64,000 nt of DNA, taken from assembly GCA_963813235.1 (NCBI GenBank), contig CAWEYF010000017.1:30090-94089 (forward strand), in the 5' to 3' direction. The notes under the pieces are model-generated. The model was not told where the DNA came from. It did not search any database and was given only the letters and a program-made list of their open reading frames with translations. Positions 25,413 through 36,839 of this stretch are shown here, one piece after another. How positions within the stretch are numbered: position 1 is the stretch's first letter; each line of letters starts with the position of its first letter. Position numbers and translations under genes: made by a program. This stretch comes from Candidatus Aminicenantes bacterium. Its GTDB lineage: Bacteria; Acidobacteriota; Aminicenantia; Aminicenantales; Saccharicenantaceae.

Positions 25413-27116
25413 CTATTCCCCCGTCCTTCCGGTCCGGCTGAGTTTCGCCCACTCGTCCCGGAGGGTCACCGTCCTGTTGAAAACGGGGGCGCCCGGCTTC
25501 GAATCCCGGAAATCCGCCGTGAAATAGCCCAACCGCTCGAATTGCCACCGGCTCCCCGGTTCCGCGGCCCCGAGCGCCGGCTCCGCTTTACAACCTTTGA
25601 GGACCTCGAGCGACTTCGGGTTCAGGTTCGTCTTGTAATCGACACCCTCGGGGACGTCGTTGGGATCCCGGACCGTGAAAAGCGTGTCGTAAAGGCGGAC
25701 CTCTGCGTCGACAGCCTGGGCCGCCGAAACCCAGTGGAGGGTCGCTTTGACCTTGCGGCCGTCCCGGGCATCCCCCCCGCGGGTCGCAGGATCGTAGGTA
25801 CAGCGGAGCTCCGAGATCTCCCCGGTCGCGGGGTCGCGGACGATCTCCTCGCACCTGATGAAATATGCGTATCGCAGTCGGACCTCGCGCCCCGGCGCCA
25901 GCCGGAAGAATTTCTTCGGCGGTTCCTCCATGAAGTCCTCCCGCTCTATATAGAGCTCGCGGGAGAACGGGACCTTCCGGGTCCCGCCGGCGGGGTCTTC
26001 GGGATTGTTCACAGCCTCGAACTCCTCGACCTTTCCCTCCGGATAGTTCGTCAGGACGACCTTCACCGGCCGGATGACGGCCATGGCCCGAGGCGCCGTC
26101 CTGTTCAATTCCTCCCGCAGGCAGTTCTCAAGGAGGCCGGCGTCGACGATGCTGTTGGCCTTAGCCACGCCGATGAGGTCGCAGAACGCCCGGATGGAGG
26201 CGGGCGTGTAGCCGCGCCTCCGGTAGCCGGAGATCGTCGGCATGCGCGGGTCGTCCCATCCGGAGACGAAGCCCTGTTCGACGAGCTCGAGGAGCCGCCT
26301 CTTGCTCAAGGCCGTATGGCTGATGTTGAGCCGGGCGAATTCGATCTGTTGCGGATGGTGGATGCCGAGTTGGTCCAGGAACCAGTCGTAGAGCGGCCTG
26401 TGGACCTCGAATTCGAGGGTGCAGATGGAATGGGTGATGCCCTCCAGGGAATCGCATTGGCCGTGGGCCCAGTCGTAGGTCGGATAGATGCACCAGGCTT
26501 CCCCCGTCCGATAATGGCTCGCCCTTCGGATGCGGTACATGAGGGGGTCCCGGAGGAGCAGATTCGGGTCGGCCATATCGATCTTCGCCCTGAGCGACCG
26601 CGAGCCGTCCGGGAACTCGCCCCGGCGCATGCGGTCGAACAGGTCCAGGTTCTCCTCGATCGTCCGGTTCCGCCAAGGGCTCTCCTTCCCATGCCGGTTG
26701 ATCGTCCCGCGGAATTCCCGGAGCCTTTCTACGTCGAGGTCGCAGACGTAGGCCTTGCCCTTCTTGATAAGGTCCACGGCAAGCCCATAGAGCTCCTCGT
26801 AGTAGCCAGAGGCGTAGAATTCCCGGTCCTGCCAGTCGAACCCCAGCCACCGGACGTCCTCCTTGATGCTCCCGACGTACTCGGCCTCCTCGGTCTCCGG
26901 GTTCGTGTCGTCGAACCGGAGGTTGCAGAGCCCGCCGTACTCGGCTGCCAGGCCGAAGTTGAGGCAGATGGACTTCGCGTGGCCGATGTGGAGGTAACCG
27001 TTGGGCTCGGGGGGAAACCGGGTCCGGACCTTGCGCGAACCGAACCGGCCGGTCCTCAGGTGCTCATCGATGATCTCCTTGACGAAGTTCGTCCTGGGCC
27101 TCGTGGTCTCATCCAT
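25413..27116 (-). CDS. glnS: glutaminyl-tRNA synthetase
   Basis: [17 protein letters not shown] (HIGH motif), ..LSKRR.. (KMSKS-like), with full-length class I GlnRS architecture. Confidence 0.9.
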   Translation of the reverse strand: MDETTRPRTNFVKEIIDEHLRTGRFGSRKVRTRFPPEPNGYLHIGHAKSICLNFGLAAEYGGLCNLRFDDTNPETEEAEYVGSIKEDVRWLGFDWQDREFYASGYYEELYGLAVDLIKKGKAYVCDLDVERLREFRGTINRHGKESPWRNRTIEENLDLFDRMRRGEFPDGSRSLRAKIDMADPNLLLRDPLMYRIRRASHYRTGEAWCIYPTYDWAHGQCDSLEGITHSICTLEFEVHRPLYDWFLDQLGIHHPQQIEFARLNISHTALSKRRLLELVEQGFVSGWDDPRMPTISGYRRRGYTPASIRAFCDLIGVAKANSIVDAGLLENCLREELNRTAPRAMAVIRPVKVVLTNYPEGKVEEFEAVNNPEDPAGGTRKVPFSRELYIEREDFMEEPPKKFFRLAPGREVRLRYAYFIRCEEIVRDPATGEISELRCTYDPATRGGDARDGRKVKATLHWVSAAQAVDAEVRLYDTLFTVRDPNDVPEGVDYKTNLNPKSLEVLKGCKAEPALGAAEPGSRWQFERLGYFTADFRDSKPGAPVFNRTVTLRDEWAKLSRTGRTGE

Positions 27117-28392
27117 GGGACGCGCTCCTCATGCGTTTGATCACGGTCTCCCTCCCGAGGATTTCCATCATCTCGAAGAGGCCCGCGCCCTTGGTCTTTC
27201 CGCTGACGGCCGCCCGGGTCGGGTGGATGACGGCCGCGGGCTTCAGCCCCCTCTCCGCGGCGAGCTCCCGGCAGGCGCTCTCGAGGCCGTCGTGCCGGAA
27301 CTCGGCCAAGGCTTCGAGCCGCGCGGCGAAAAACCCGACGTTCTCCCGGGCCCCCGGCTTGTCCAGCTGGCCGCGGCCCTCCTCCTCCAGCGCGAAATCG
27401 TCGCGGAAGAAGAAATCCGTCATCGCCGGAAGCTCTGCTAAGGTCTTGATGCGCACCCTGTAAAGGCCGAGGACTTTCGCGACGTAGGCGTCGTCCCGGC
27501 CGGAGACATCGAGGCCGGCATACCGCAGGTGGTCTTTAACGAGGGGAAGGAGTCGCTTGTCGGGCGCGGCCATGAGGTATTCGCCGTTGATCCAGCGCAA
27601 CTTGTCAAGATCGAACTTGGCCTGGACGTCGTTCATCGAGGTTATCTCGAACTCCCGGACGGCCGTCTCCAGTGACATGACCTCGTTTCCGTCCTTCGGC
27701 ATCCAGCCGAGGAGGATGAGATAATTGGCCAGGGCCTCGGGAAGGAATCCTTCCTTCCGATACTCCTGCACGGAGACGCCGCCGTGCCTCTTCGAAAGCT
27801 TGGCCCCGTCGCGCCCCAGGATGAGGGGCATGTGGCCGAACTCGGGGATCGGGAGCCCCAGAGCCTCGTAGAACAGGATCTGCTTGGGCGTGTTCGAGAT
27901 ATGGTCGTCACCCCGGAGGATATGGGTGATCCCGAGATGGGCGTCGTCGACGACGCAGGAAAAATTGTAGGCCGGGGAACCGTCGGACTTGATGAGGACC
28001 TGGTCCTTGTAGGACTCGGTCTGGAACGAGATGAGGCCGTGGACCATGTCCCGGAGCTCGATCGTCCGTCCCGGCTCGACTCGGAAGAGGATCGCCTCGC
28101 CTTCCCTTGAGGCCTTGCCCGCGGCCACGAGGCCTTCGGCCTTTTCCTTGTAGACGTCGAACCTCCGGCTCTGGAAGATGGGCTCCTCGTCCCAGTCGAG
28201 GCCCAGCCAGCGGAGATCGTCGAGGATCTCGTCCAGGAACCGGACGTCGGACCTCTTGAGGTCCGTGTCCTCGACCCTGAGAAGGAATTTCCCGCCGGTG
28301 TGCCGGGCAAAAAGCCAATTGAAGATGGCCGTCCGTGCGCTTCCGATATGGAGGAAGCCCGTCGGGCTCGGGGCAAAGCGAACTCTTGTCAT
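27109..28392 (-). CDS. gltX: glutamyl-tRNA synthetase
   Basis: [19 protein letters not shown] and KLSKRHG motifs. The start was chosen at the ATG at 28392 (GGAGA RBS); the ORF extends to 28413. The stop overlaps the glnS start by 8 nt. Confidence 0.88.
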   Translation of the reverse strand: MTRVRFAPSPTGFLHIGSARTAIFNWLFARHTGGKFLLRVEDTDLKRSDVRFLDEILDDLRWLGLDWDEEPIFQSRRFDVYKEKAEGLVAAGKASREGEAILFRVEPGRTIELRDMVHGLISFQTESYKDQVLIKSDGSPAYNFSCVVDDAHLGITHILRGDDHISNTPKQILFYEALGLPIPEFGHMPLILGRDGAKLSKRHGGVSVQEYRKEGFLPEALANYLILLGWMPKDGNEVMSLETAVREFEITSMNDVQAKFDLDKLRWINGEYLMAAPDKRLLPLVKDHLRYAGLDVSGRDDAYVAKVLGLYRVRIKTLAELPAMTDFFFRDDFALEEEGRGQLDKPGARENVGFFAARLEALAEFRHDGLESACRELAAERGLKPAAVIHPTRAAVSGKTKGAGLFEMMEILGRETVIKRMRSASHG

Positions 28393-28460
28393 AAATTTCT
28401 CCGGGTCCATCATACAGCAATCAGGGAGCTTCCGACAACGGGCGACCGGGAGCCCCGCCT

Positions 28461-29699
28461 TCAGGAGAGCTTTTTGATCCGGGGCGTCAGCTCTTCCCCC
28501 AGACTGGGATAGAGGCGGACGGCCATCCGATAATGGCTGACCGCCTCGGCCGGGCGGTTTCGGCTTTCCAGGAGCTTCCCCAGCAACAGGTGAGCCTCGT
28601 AGCTCTCCGGCTGGACCTTAAGGATCCGGCGATAGCAATCCTCGGCCCGGACGTCCTCGCCCGCCTTGAGGCGGCAGAGAGCCAGGTTGAGGTAAGCCTC
28701 GGGGAACGCAGGGCGGAGACGGACGGCCTCCTCGAACTCCTGCGTCGCCCGGGCGTCCTCGCCGAAGCTCGAGCAGGCGATCCCGAGGAAATTATGGATC
28801 TCGGGAAGTTCCGGATTCCGGGACAGGATCTCGGTGGCGACTTCCTTCAGGGCGGCGTAATCCTTTTGGGCATGATAAAAGTGGGCCACCCGGCTCAGGA
28901 CGGGGATCTCGTCCGGTTTCGCCGCGTGCCGCTCGAGGCAAAGGGCGAGGGCCGCGTCCATTTCAGGCCCGAGTCGAAGGCCGCCGCCGAGCACGAACTC
29001 CCGGCCCTTATAGAGGAGCACCATCCGCTCCGTGAACGGGTCGAAACCGTCCCCGCGCACCGAGTCCACAACGTCCATGACCGATCCCGGCTCCCGGATG
29101 TCGATGGCGCCGAAGATATGGCACAGCTCGTGTTTCAGGATGTTCCTCATCACGGATTCCGGCCACGTCATCCTCACGAGGACGACGCGATGGTCGAAGG
29201 ACGTGCCCCCGGCGAACCGGTCGCTGACCGTCCCCTGGGCCGTGAACCCGATGAGAATATCGGCCCGGCTCTTCCGAGCGTCCGGATAAAGGTCGCCGAG
29301 CAGGTCCTGCACCGAGCGTCTTCCGTCACGGGATATCCACACGCCGACGCCGACGATCGCGAACCGGATGCCGAATCGTTCATCAAACTCTTTGGAGACG
29401 GACGAGGCCAGCCGGCGGACATGATGGGTCCATTCCCCGGGCCTTTCCCCGTCGGCTGCCCGGAATTCCTCGTCGGCGACGAGCTTGACGGTAACCGTCC
29501 TGACTTCGGCGATCAATTGAGCGGCGAACGCCCCGAGGAATAAAACACTCCCTCCCGTCATGAGAAGGAGCCTTCTTATGCGCCGTCTCTTCACTAAAGA
29601 ATCCCCTGTGACTCCCTCTTTCCTTCTCGAATAAGAGCGGCTTGCCATAAAGATAATCTTCTGAGTGCGCGCCGTCAAGGGGAAGAAAGCCATTGTCAA
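28461..29699 (-). CDS. metzincin-like Zn protease domain fused to TPR repeats
   Basis: HELCHIFGAID (HExxHxxGxxD) followed by SVM (Met-turn-like), with C-terminal TPR repeats and an N-terminal TM/signal segment. Confidence 0.65.
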   Translation of the reverse strand: MTMAFFPLTARTQKIIFMASRSYSRRKEGVTGDSLVKRRRIRRLLLMTGGSVLFLGAFAAQLIAEVRTVTVKLVADEEFRAADGERPGEWTHHVRRLASSVSKEFDERFGIRFAIVGVGVWISRDGRRSVQDLLGDLYPDARKSRADILIGFTAQGTVSDRFAGGTSFDHRVVLVRMTWPESVMRNILKHELCHIFGAIDIREPGSVMDVVDSVRGDGFDPFTERMVLLYKGREFVLGGGLRLGPEMDAALALCLERHAAKPDEIPVLSRVAHFYHAQKDYAALKEVATEILSRNPELPEIHNFLGIACSSFGEDARATQEFEEAVRLRPAFPEAYLNLALCRLKAGEDVRAEDCYRRILKVQPESYEAHLLLGKLLESRNRPAEAVSHYRMAVRLYPSLGEELTPRIKKLS

Positions 29700-29833
29700 C
29701 GTAAAGTGAAAATGTCCGGTTCGTTCTTGAATACCGGTCTCTGAAACTCCGGTGCCGCCAGGGCGGTCTTAAGACCGGGGGGCGTCCAGAGGGGCGCGCG
29801 GGCCGACGTCCGATGATCTCGGAAGATCCCCGT

Positions 29834-31954
29834 TCAATACTTTGGGACGATATCCATGTTATGGAACATGAAGCTCCACTGGTCGGTCAGGAGATCGATG
29901 GCCTTGGTGATGTTACTCGCCCCGTGGCCCGAACGCGTCTCGATCCTGATGAGGGCCGGTTTCGCGCAAGCCTGGGCCGCCTGAAGGGTCGCCGCGAACT
30001 TGAACGAGTGGGCCGGGACGACGCGGTCGTCGTGGTCGGCCGTCGTCACCAGCGTTGCGGGATAACAGACTCCAAGCTTGATGTTGTGGAGCGGCGAATA
30101 TCCGAAGAGGTTCCGGAAATTCTTCTCGTCGTCGCTTGACCCGTATTCCACCACCCACCCCCAGCCGACCGTGAACTTGTGGTAGCGGAGCATGTCCATG
30201 ACCCCGACCCCGGGCAAGGCGACCCGGAAGAGATCGGGCCGGCGCGTCATCGCCGCCCCGACGAGCAGGCCGCCGTTCGAGCCGCCCTCGATGGCCAGGA
30301 AGTCCTTTGAAGTATACTTCTCGCGGATCAGGTATTCGGCCGCCGCGACGAAATCGTCGAAGACGTTGGTCTTGTTGAGGAGCATCCCGGCCTTGTGCCA
30401 AGTTTCGCCGTATTCCCCGCCGCCCCGGAGAGCCGGCTCGGCATAGACGCCGCCGTTCTCGAGCAGGACGATGTTGGACGGGTTGAAGGCGGGGCGCATG
30501 CTGATATTGAAGCCGCCGTAGGCCGTCAGGAAGGTCGGGTTCTTCCCGTCGAGCTCGAGCCCCTTCCTGTGCACGATGAACATCGGGACCCGGGTCCCGT
30601 CCGCGCTCGCATAGAAGACTTCCTTGGTCTCGTACTCGGCCGGATCGAACTTCACCTCCGCTTTCCGGAACACTTCGGAGGCTCCCGAGGCGATGTCGTA
30701 CTTGAAGATCGTAGGCGGATAGGTGTAGGAAGTGAAAACGTAGAAAGCGACCTTGTCGTCCCTCCAGCCCCCGAAGCCGTCGGCCGAGCCGAGCCCGGGG
30801 AGTTCGATCTCGCGGACGAGGGTCCCGTCAAGCCCGTGCTGGGAGAACCGCGTCAGGACGTCCTTGAGGTGGGCGCAGAAAAGCTGCCCCCCCGCCGTGC
30901 TCGCCGAGAGCAGGACCTCGGGCCTTTCGGGGATGACATCGACCCATTTATCGGGGCCCGGGTCCGCCGGGTCGATCCGGACGACGCGGGAATTCGGGGC
31001 GCCAAAGTTCGTCTGGACGAGGAACCTGTCCCCGACGTTGTCGACGACGGCGTTGTCGGCGTCGAACCCCTTGACGAGGACCTTGAACGCCGCGTCCTTG
31101 GCGGCCAACGGTTTCCAGAGGATCTCGTTCCCGGACGTGCCCTCGGAGACCGTCAGGAAGGCATAGGCCTGGTCCTCGCTGACGGAAAGGCCCAGATACC
31201 GGAGCGGATGTTCCCTATCCTCGAAGACGAGAGCGTCCTTTTCCTGGGGATCGCCCAGGCGGTGGAAGCGGACCTTCTGATATTCGTTCTTCGCCGTCAG
31301 CTCCCGGCCCGGGGCGGGCGCGTCATAGCCGCTGTAAAAGAACCCGTCCTTGAGCCAGGAGGCTCCCGAGAACTTGACCCAGCGAACGACGTCCGGAAGC
31401 TCCGTCTTGGTCGCGATCTCCATGACCCGGATCTCGGACCAGTCGGAGCCCGCCTCGCCGCGGGCGATCGCGGTGTACCTAAAGTCCGGCGAGAAGCCCA
31501 CGAGGTTGATGCGGACCGTCCCGTCGGCCGATAGGGCGTTGGGATCGACAAAGACCTCCGGGGTCGCCTCGAGCCCCTTCTGGACGTAGATGACGGACTG
31601 GTTCTGCAGCCCGTCGTTCTTGGAGAAGAAATAGTATTCGCCGGCCCGGATCGGCGAGGAGAACCGGGGATAATTGTAGATGTCGGTCATCCGGGCCCTG
31701 ATCTTTTCCCGGAACGGGATCTTCCCGAGATAGTCGAACGTCACCGCGTTCTGGGCCTTGACCCAGGCCTTGACCTCCTCGGCGTTGTCGTCCTCGAGCC
31801 AGCGGTAAGGGTCGGGGACCTTGACGCCGAAATAGTCGTCGACCTGATCGACGGTCTTCGTGACCGGATAATTCACCCGTCGAGTCTCCTTCGCGCAGGT
31901 GGCGAGACCGATGATCATTCCCAGACCGGCGAGCGCCGCGAGCCCTTTCTTCAT
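29834..31954 (-). CDS. prolyl oligopeptidase (S9A family)
   Basis: Lipoprotein-like signal, DPYRWLED N-terminal motif, beta-propeller region, and the catalytic GGSNGGLL. Confidence 0.9.
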   Translation of the reverse strand: MKKGLAALAGLGMIIGLATCAKETRRVNYPVTKTVDQVDDYFGVKVPDPYRWLEDDNAEEVKAWVKAQNAVTFDYLGKIPFREKIRARMTDIYNYPRFSSPIRAGEYYFFSKNDGLQNQSVIYVQKGLEATPEVFVDPNALSADGTVRINLVGFSPDFRYTAIARGEAGSDWSEIRVMEIATKTELPDVVRWVKFSGASWLKDGFFYSGYDAPAPGRELTAKNEYQKVRFHRLGDPQEKDALVFEDREHPLRYLGLSVSEDQAYAFLTVSEGTSGNEILWKPLAAKDAAFKVLVKGFDADNAVVDNVGDRFLVQTNFGAPNSRVVRIDPADPGPDKWVDVIPERPEVLLSASTAGGQLFCAHLKDVLTRFSQHGLDGTLVREIELPGLGSADGFGGWRDDKVAFYVFTSYTYPPTIFKYDIASGASEVFRKAEVKFDPAEYETKEVFYASADGTRVPMFIVHRKGLELDGKNPTFLTAYGGFNISMRPAFNPSNIVLLENGGVYAEPALRGGGEYGETWHKAGMLLNKTNVFDDFVAAAEYLIREKYTSKDFLAIEGGSNGGLLVGAAMTRRPDLFRVALPGVGVMDMLRYHKFTVGWGWVVEYGSSDDEKNFRNLFGYSPLHNIKLGVCYPATLVTTADHDDRVVPAHSFKFAATLQAAQACAKPALIRIETRSGHGASNITKAIDLLTDQWSFMFHNMDIVPKY

Positions 31955-32116
31955 TCCGCCCTCCTAAAGAGAATCCATGAACCATTTTTCTATCACAACC
32001 CGGACGGCACGGTCAAACGAGGCGCGCCGGGGGCCCGGGCATCCTTGAACTCCGGGGCCGTCTCCGCTAAAGTAAGGGGCGTCCATTCCGGTCACTTCTT
32101 TCCCGAAGGAGCGATC

Positions 32117-34703
32117 ATGCGAAACGCGAGCGTTCCGGTATCCGGCCTCCTGGCGGCGTTCGCCGCGATCGTCCTCATCCCCCACGCTTGGGCCGAAGGG
32201 CCCGCGGAATGGCCCTTCCTGAAGCATTACGACCAGGCGCACCTGGCCCGGATCGCCCTCCCGGTGGGGGGTATCGGGACCGGTACGGTATCCCTCGGCG
32301 GCCGGGGCGACCTCCGGGACTGGGAGATCGCCAACCGCCCTGCCAAGGGATTCAATCCGGCCGGGGCATTCTTCGCCATCCGGCTCAAGGCCGAGGGCGC
32401 CCCTCCGTCCTCCGGGCCCTGCAGGGCCCGGTCGAAGTCTTCGAATACGAAGGGCCCGAGGGCGTCGAGGACGCCACCAACCCGGGCCTCCCCTGCTTTC
32501 GGGAATGCTCGTTCGACGCCTCCTACCCCTTCGGTCAGGTCAACCTGGCCGACCCCGGCCTTCCGGTGAAGGTCCGCCTCCGGGCGTTCAACCCCCTGGC
32601 CCCGGCCGATCTCGAGTCGAGCGGTATCCCCGTCGCGATCCTGACCTACGAGGTCGCGAACGTCTCGAACGCCGCTCTCGACGTCACGGTCTGCGGCTCG
32701 CTCCCCAACTTCATCGGCAACGACGGTACGAAGAGCCTGGCGAAAGGGAACCGGAACGCCTATCGCGAAGGCCGGTTCGTCCGCGGCCTGCTGATGTCCT
32801 CGGAGGGCGTGGACCCGACCGCCGAATCCTGGGGGACCATCGCCCTGACGACCCCCGTGTCCGAGGTCTGTTCCTACAGGACGTCCTGGCTGAAGGACGC
32901 CTGGGGAACGCCCCTGCTCGATTTCTGGGACGACCTGGCCGATGACGGCACCCTCATCGAACGTACTGCGGCGGGTGACATGCCCCGGGCTTCCCTGGCC
33001 GTCCGGGCCCCGATCCCCGCCGGCGGGAAGAGGGAGTTCCGGTTCTTCCTGACCTGGCACTTCCCCAACCGCTTCGCATGGTCCGAGACGCGTCTCGGCA
33101 ACTATTACACGACGCTGTACAAGGACGCCTGGGACGCGGCCGAGAGGACCGCCGCCGAGGTCGTCCAGCTCGAGGAGGAGACGGTCGCGTTCGTGTCGAC
33201 GTTCTGCCGCAGCGACCTTCCGGAGGCCGTCAAGGAGGCCGCCCTCTTCAACCTGAGCACGCTCAGGAGCCAGACCTGTTTCCGGACGGAGGACGGGCAC
33301 TTCTACGCCTGGGAGGGCTGTAACGACAAGCGGGGTGCTGTTTCGGCAGCTGCACCCACGTCTGGAATTACGAGCAGGCCATCGCCTTCCTCTTCGGGGA
33401 CATCGCTCGCTCTCTGCGCGAGGTCGAGTTCGGGCACGAGACCGGCCCTGACGGCCAGATGAGCTTCCGGGCGAAATTGCCCCTCGGCGCGGAGCGCTGG
33501 GGCAAGGCGGCGGCCGACGGGCAGATGGGTTGCGTCATGAAGCTCTACCGCGACTGGCAGCTCTCGGGGGACGAAGCGATGCTCAAGGCCCTCTGGCCTC
33601 ACGCCCGGAAGGCCATGGAATTTTGCTGGATCCCCGGAGGCTGGGACGCGAACAAGGACGGCGTCATGGAGGGCTGCCAGCACAACACCATGGACGTCGA
33701 ATATTACGGCCCGAACCCCGAGATGGAATTCTGGTACCTCGGAGCGCTCCAGGCCGCGGCGAAGATGGCCGCACGCGTCGGGGACAGGCCGTTCGCCAAG
33801 ACCTGCGCCTCCCTGTTCGCCCAAGGCAGTCTCTGGACGGACGCGAACCTCTTCAACGGCCGGTATTATGTCCACAAGATCGTCCCCCCGATGGACCAGG
33901 CGAACATCGCGCCCGGCCTGCTTGTCGGGATGGGCTCGACCGACTTCAAGAACCCCGATTACCAGCTTGGGAACGGCTGTCTCGTCGACCAGCTCGTTGG
34001 CCAGCTCATGGCCCACGTCTGTGGGCTCGGGTACCTGGCCCGGCCGGAGAACGTCCAAACCGCCCTCGGAAGCGTCATGACGTACAACCACCGCGATTCG
34101 CTCGCCGATCATTTCAATGGCATGAGGAGCTTCGCCCTCGGCGACGAACCGGGCCTGCTGATAGCGAGCTACCCGGACGGGCGGCCGGCCAATCCCTTCC
34201 CTTATTTCGCGGAGGTCTGGACCGGTCTCGAGTACACGGCGGCCAGCGGTATGCTCTACGAGGGGCAGATCGAAGACGGGCTGAAATGCATCTCCGACAC
34301 GCGGTCCCGATACGACGGGCTCAAGCGCAACCCCTTCGACGAAGCCGAATGCGGGCACCACTACGGCCGGGCCATGGCCGGCTGGGCGGCGGTCCTTGCC
34401 CTGACGGGGTTCCGTTACTCGGCCGTGGACGGGGCGCTCGAATTCGCGGCTGCGGAAGGGATGCGCTTCTGGTCGAACGGCTACGCCTACGGCACGGTCG
34501 CGGTGAAGCCGGTCCGGGATAAGATGCTTGTGACGGTCTCGGTCGCGAGGGGCCGGCTCCCGTTCAAGACATTCACCCTGGCCGGGTTCGGAAAGGCCTC
34601 CTTCCCGGCTTCCCACGCCGTGAACGCCGGGGAACCTCTGGTGTTCGAGGTGCTCAAAACGAGGGATCGGGTCCGCGAACGGGAAGGACGGGAGCTGCCA
34701 TGA
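32117..34703 (+). pseudogene. GH116-family beta-glucosidase (GBA2-type), two frameshifts (about 32405 and 33330)
   Basis: Three consecutive ORFs in three frames (32045.., 32188.., 33459..) together give a collinear GH116 protein. The junctions are ...RLKAEGAPP|VLRALQGPV and ...WEGCNDK|GCCFGSCTHVWNYEQ. Confidence 0.8.
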
Positions 34704-35659
34704 ACTTGAAGAGGATCGGGATCATCACCAGGGATTGCGGCGGCGTCAACGCCGCCATTCGGGCCGTCGTCCGGACGGCCTCCGCCCGGGGGCTCGAGGT
34801 CCTGGGGGTCTTGAGGGGCTACGAAGGCCTCATCCACGGGGACTTCGTCCCCCTCGACCGCCGATCCGTCTCCGGGATCATCAACCTCGGCGGGACCATC
34901 CTCAAATCGGCACGGTCCGAGGCGTTCTTCACGGAAGAGGGCCAGAAGAGGGCGGTGGAGTCGGCGCGGGGGAAGGCCATAGACGGCCTCATCGTCATCG
35001 GGGGCAACGGCTCCCTGACGGGCGCCCACATCCTGGCGGGCCGGTACGGCATCCCGACCGTCGGCGTCCCGGCGACCATCGACAACGATATCAACGGCGT
35101 CGATCTTGCCATCGGCGCCGATACGGCCGTCAATGTGGCCCTGGACGCGGTGGACAAGATCCGGGACACGGCGACCAGCCTCGAGCGCATTTTCGTTGTC
35201 GAGGTCATGGGCCGGGCCAGCGGGTACATCGCCATGCAGGTCGCCCTGGCCGGAGGGTGCGAAGAGGTCCTCCTTCCCGAAAAAGCGTTCGACATGACGG
35301 CCATCTCGAATGAGATCCGGGCGGGCAACGCCCAGGGCAAGGTCAGCTGGATCCTCATCGTAGCCGAGGGCACGGCCAAGGCCGAAGACGTTGCCGCGGC
35401 CATCTCCCTGAACACGGGCCTGGAGACCCGGATCGCCGTCCTCGGCCATATCCAGAGGGGCGGACGGCCGACGGCCATCGACCGGCTGCTGGCCGCCAAG
35501 CTCGGCCATCGGGCCGTCCTGACGCTCGTCGAAGGGGGTTCGGACGTATGCGTCAGCCTGAAGGACGACAGGCCGGTCCTCGTGCCCCTGGCGACGGCCA
35601 TCCGGCCCAAGACGATGGAGATCGCGGGCGACTACGAGCTGTTGAAGGTCCTCTCCTGA
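34700..35659 (+). CDS. pfkA: ATP-dependent 6-phosphofructokinase
   Basis: GGVNAAIRAVV, IGGNGSL, PATIDNDI and EVMGRASGYIA motifs. The start overlaps the GH116 stop (ATGA). Confidence 0.9.
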   Translation: MNLKRIGIITRDCGGVNAAIRAVVRTASARGLEVLGVLRGYEGLIHGDFVPLDRRSVSGIINLGGTILKSARSEAFFTEEGQKRAVESARGKAIDGLIVIGGNGSLTGAHILAGRYGIPTVGVPATIDNDINGVDLAIGADTAVNVALDAVDKIRDTATSLERIFVVEVMGRASGYIAMQVALAGGCEEVLLPEKAFDMTAISNEIRAGNAQGKVSWILIVAEGTAKAEDVAAAISLNTGLETRIAVLGHIQRGGRPTAIDRLLAAKLGHRAVLTLVEGGSDVCVSLKDDRPVLVPLATAIRPKTMEIAGDYELLKVLS

Positions 35660-35695
35660 GTCCCGCGCCAGTCGCTATCGAACCGCCGCGCGACG

Positions 35696-36811
35696 CTATT
35701 TCGCGGGCTTGAGCCCGTACTTCCTCAACTCCTTGGCGATCGTCTTGAACTGCTTCGACTTGTAGATCGAGCCGGCTTTGATGCCGCCCCAGGTCGTGCA
35801 CATGTGGCCGAGCATCTTATCGGAGGGGAACTTCATGGAATAATCGATGGACATCTTGACGGCCTTGGTGTCCCTGAAGGTGGCGGGCAGGACCCGAAAG
35901 CCCTTCCCGATGAACATGTCGACCGACGGGTAGCCCGGCGTCTTCATCCGTTCGTACTTCCTCTCGTAGTGCCAGTCGCACATGATGATGTCCTTGGGGA
36001 CCATGTCGACGGCGGGGTAGGTCTTGTTCATCGAGGCTTCCCATTCGCCGTAGGTGTCCGTCCCGTCGATGAACCGGTCGGCCCACATGAACATCTCGAC
36101 CCCCTTTTCCTTGACGAGGTGATCGTAGGCGCGGTTGACGGCGTAGGCGAAACACTCGGCCGTGGTCTTGTCCTTGCAGCGCGGGCAGTCGGGGTCGGCG
36201 ATCAGGAACACTTCGTCCATCCCGACGTGCAGGGCATCCGCCTCGAAGGCGTCGATAAGCTCGTCATAGAGGGCATTGACGATGGGGTAAAGGTCGGGGT
36301 GAAACGGGCACCAGCTCCGGCAGTAGATCTCCTTGTCCCCGTCCTTGTTCCCCGGGTACTTGCCCGGCGTCTCGTCGAACTGGGGGTTCTTCACGAGGAG
36401 GGGAAAGGTCGTCTCCGCCCAGGACTGGTGGCCGAGGGACTGGAACTCGGGAACGAGCCGGATCTTGTACTGCCGGCAAAGCCCGACGATCTCCTTGACC
36501 TGGGCCCTGGTCAGGGGATCCTCGCCCCGGAGCTCGGGATGGGAGACGAATTCATAGTTGTAATCGACCTCCATGACGATGAGGTTGACGCCCGCTTTCG
36601 CCATGGCCGGGATCTCCTTCCTGAGCCCGGCCATGCCTCCCGCGGCGGTCCGGTCCATAAGGACGTGGGCGGCGAAGATGAGCGGCTTCCGCGGGGTCAT
36701 CACGACGGCCGGTCTCGGCGCGCACCCGACCTGGAAGAGGGCGAGGGCCGCGAGCGCGAGCCCGAGTCCCCTTTTGAAGGCGCGTACGATTCTTTTGGAG
36801 GGCATCATCAT
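35696..36811 (-). CDS. glycoside hydrolase, GH20-like catalytic domain (tentative)
   Basis: Signal peptide and a TIM-barrel-like pattern with PEFQSLGHQ and HVGMDE. Confidence 0.6.
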   Translation of the reverse strand: MMMPSKRIVRAFKRGLGLALAALALFQVGCAPRPAVVMTPRKPLIFAAHVLMDRTAAGGMAGLRKEIPAMAKAGVNLIVMEVDYNYEFVSHPELRGEDPLTRAQVKEIVGLCRQYKIRLVPEFQSLGHQSWAETTFPLLVKNPQFDETPGKYPGNKDGDKEIYCRSWCPFHPDLYPIVNALYDELIDAFEADALHVGMDEVFLIADPDCPRCKDKTTAECFAYAVNRAYDHLVKEKGVEMFMWADRFIDGTDTYGEWEASMNKTYPAVDMVPKDIIMCDWHYERKYERMKTPGYPSVDMFIGKGFRVLPATFRDTKAVKMSIDYSMKFPSDKMLGHMCTTWGGIKAGSIYKSKQFKTIAKELRKYGLKPAK

Positions 36812-36839
36812 CTCCTTATGGATGGATGATTCGTCCGGA

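Noticed and set aside
21585-27140. Very long ORFs in alternative or antisense frames (for example 21585..23390, 21736..23694, 23465..25207, 25542..27140)
   Set aside because: High-GC DNA lacks stop codons in non-coding frames. Their products are Arg/Pro/Gly-rich low-complexity sequence, and each overlaps a gene with clear family motifs (SSF transporter, M28 peptidase, glnS).
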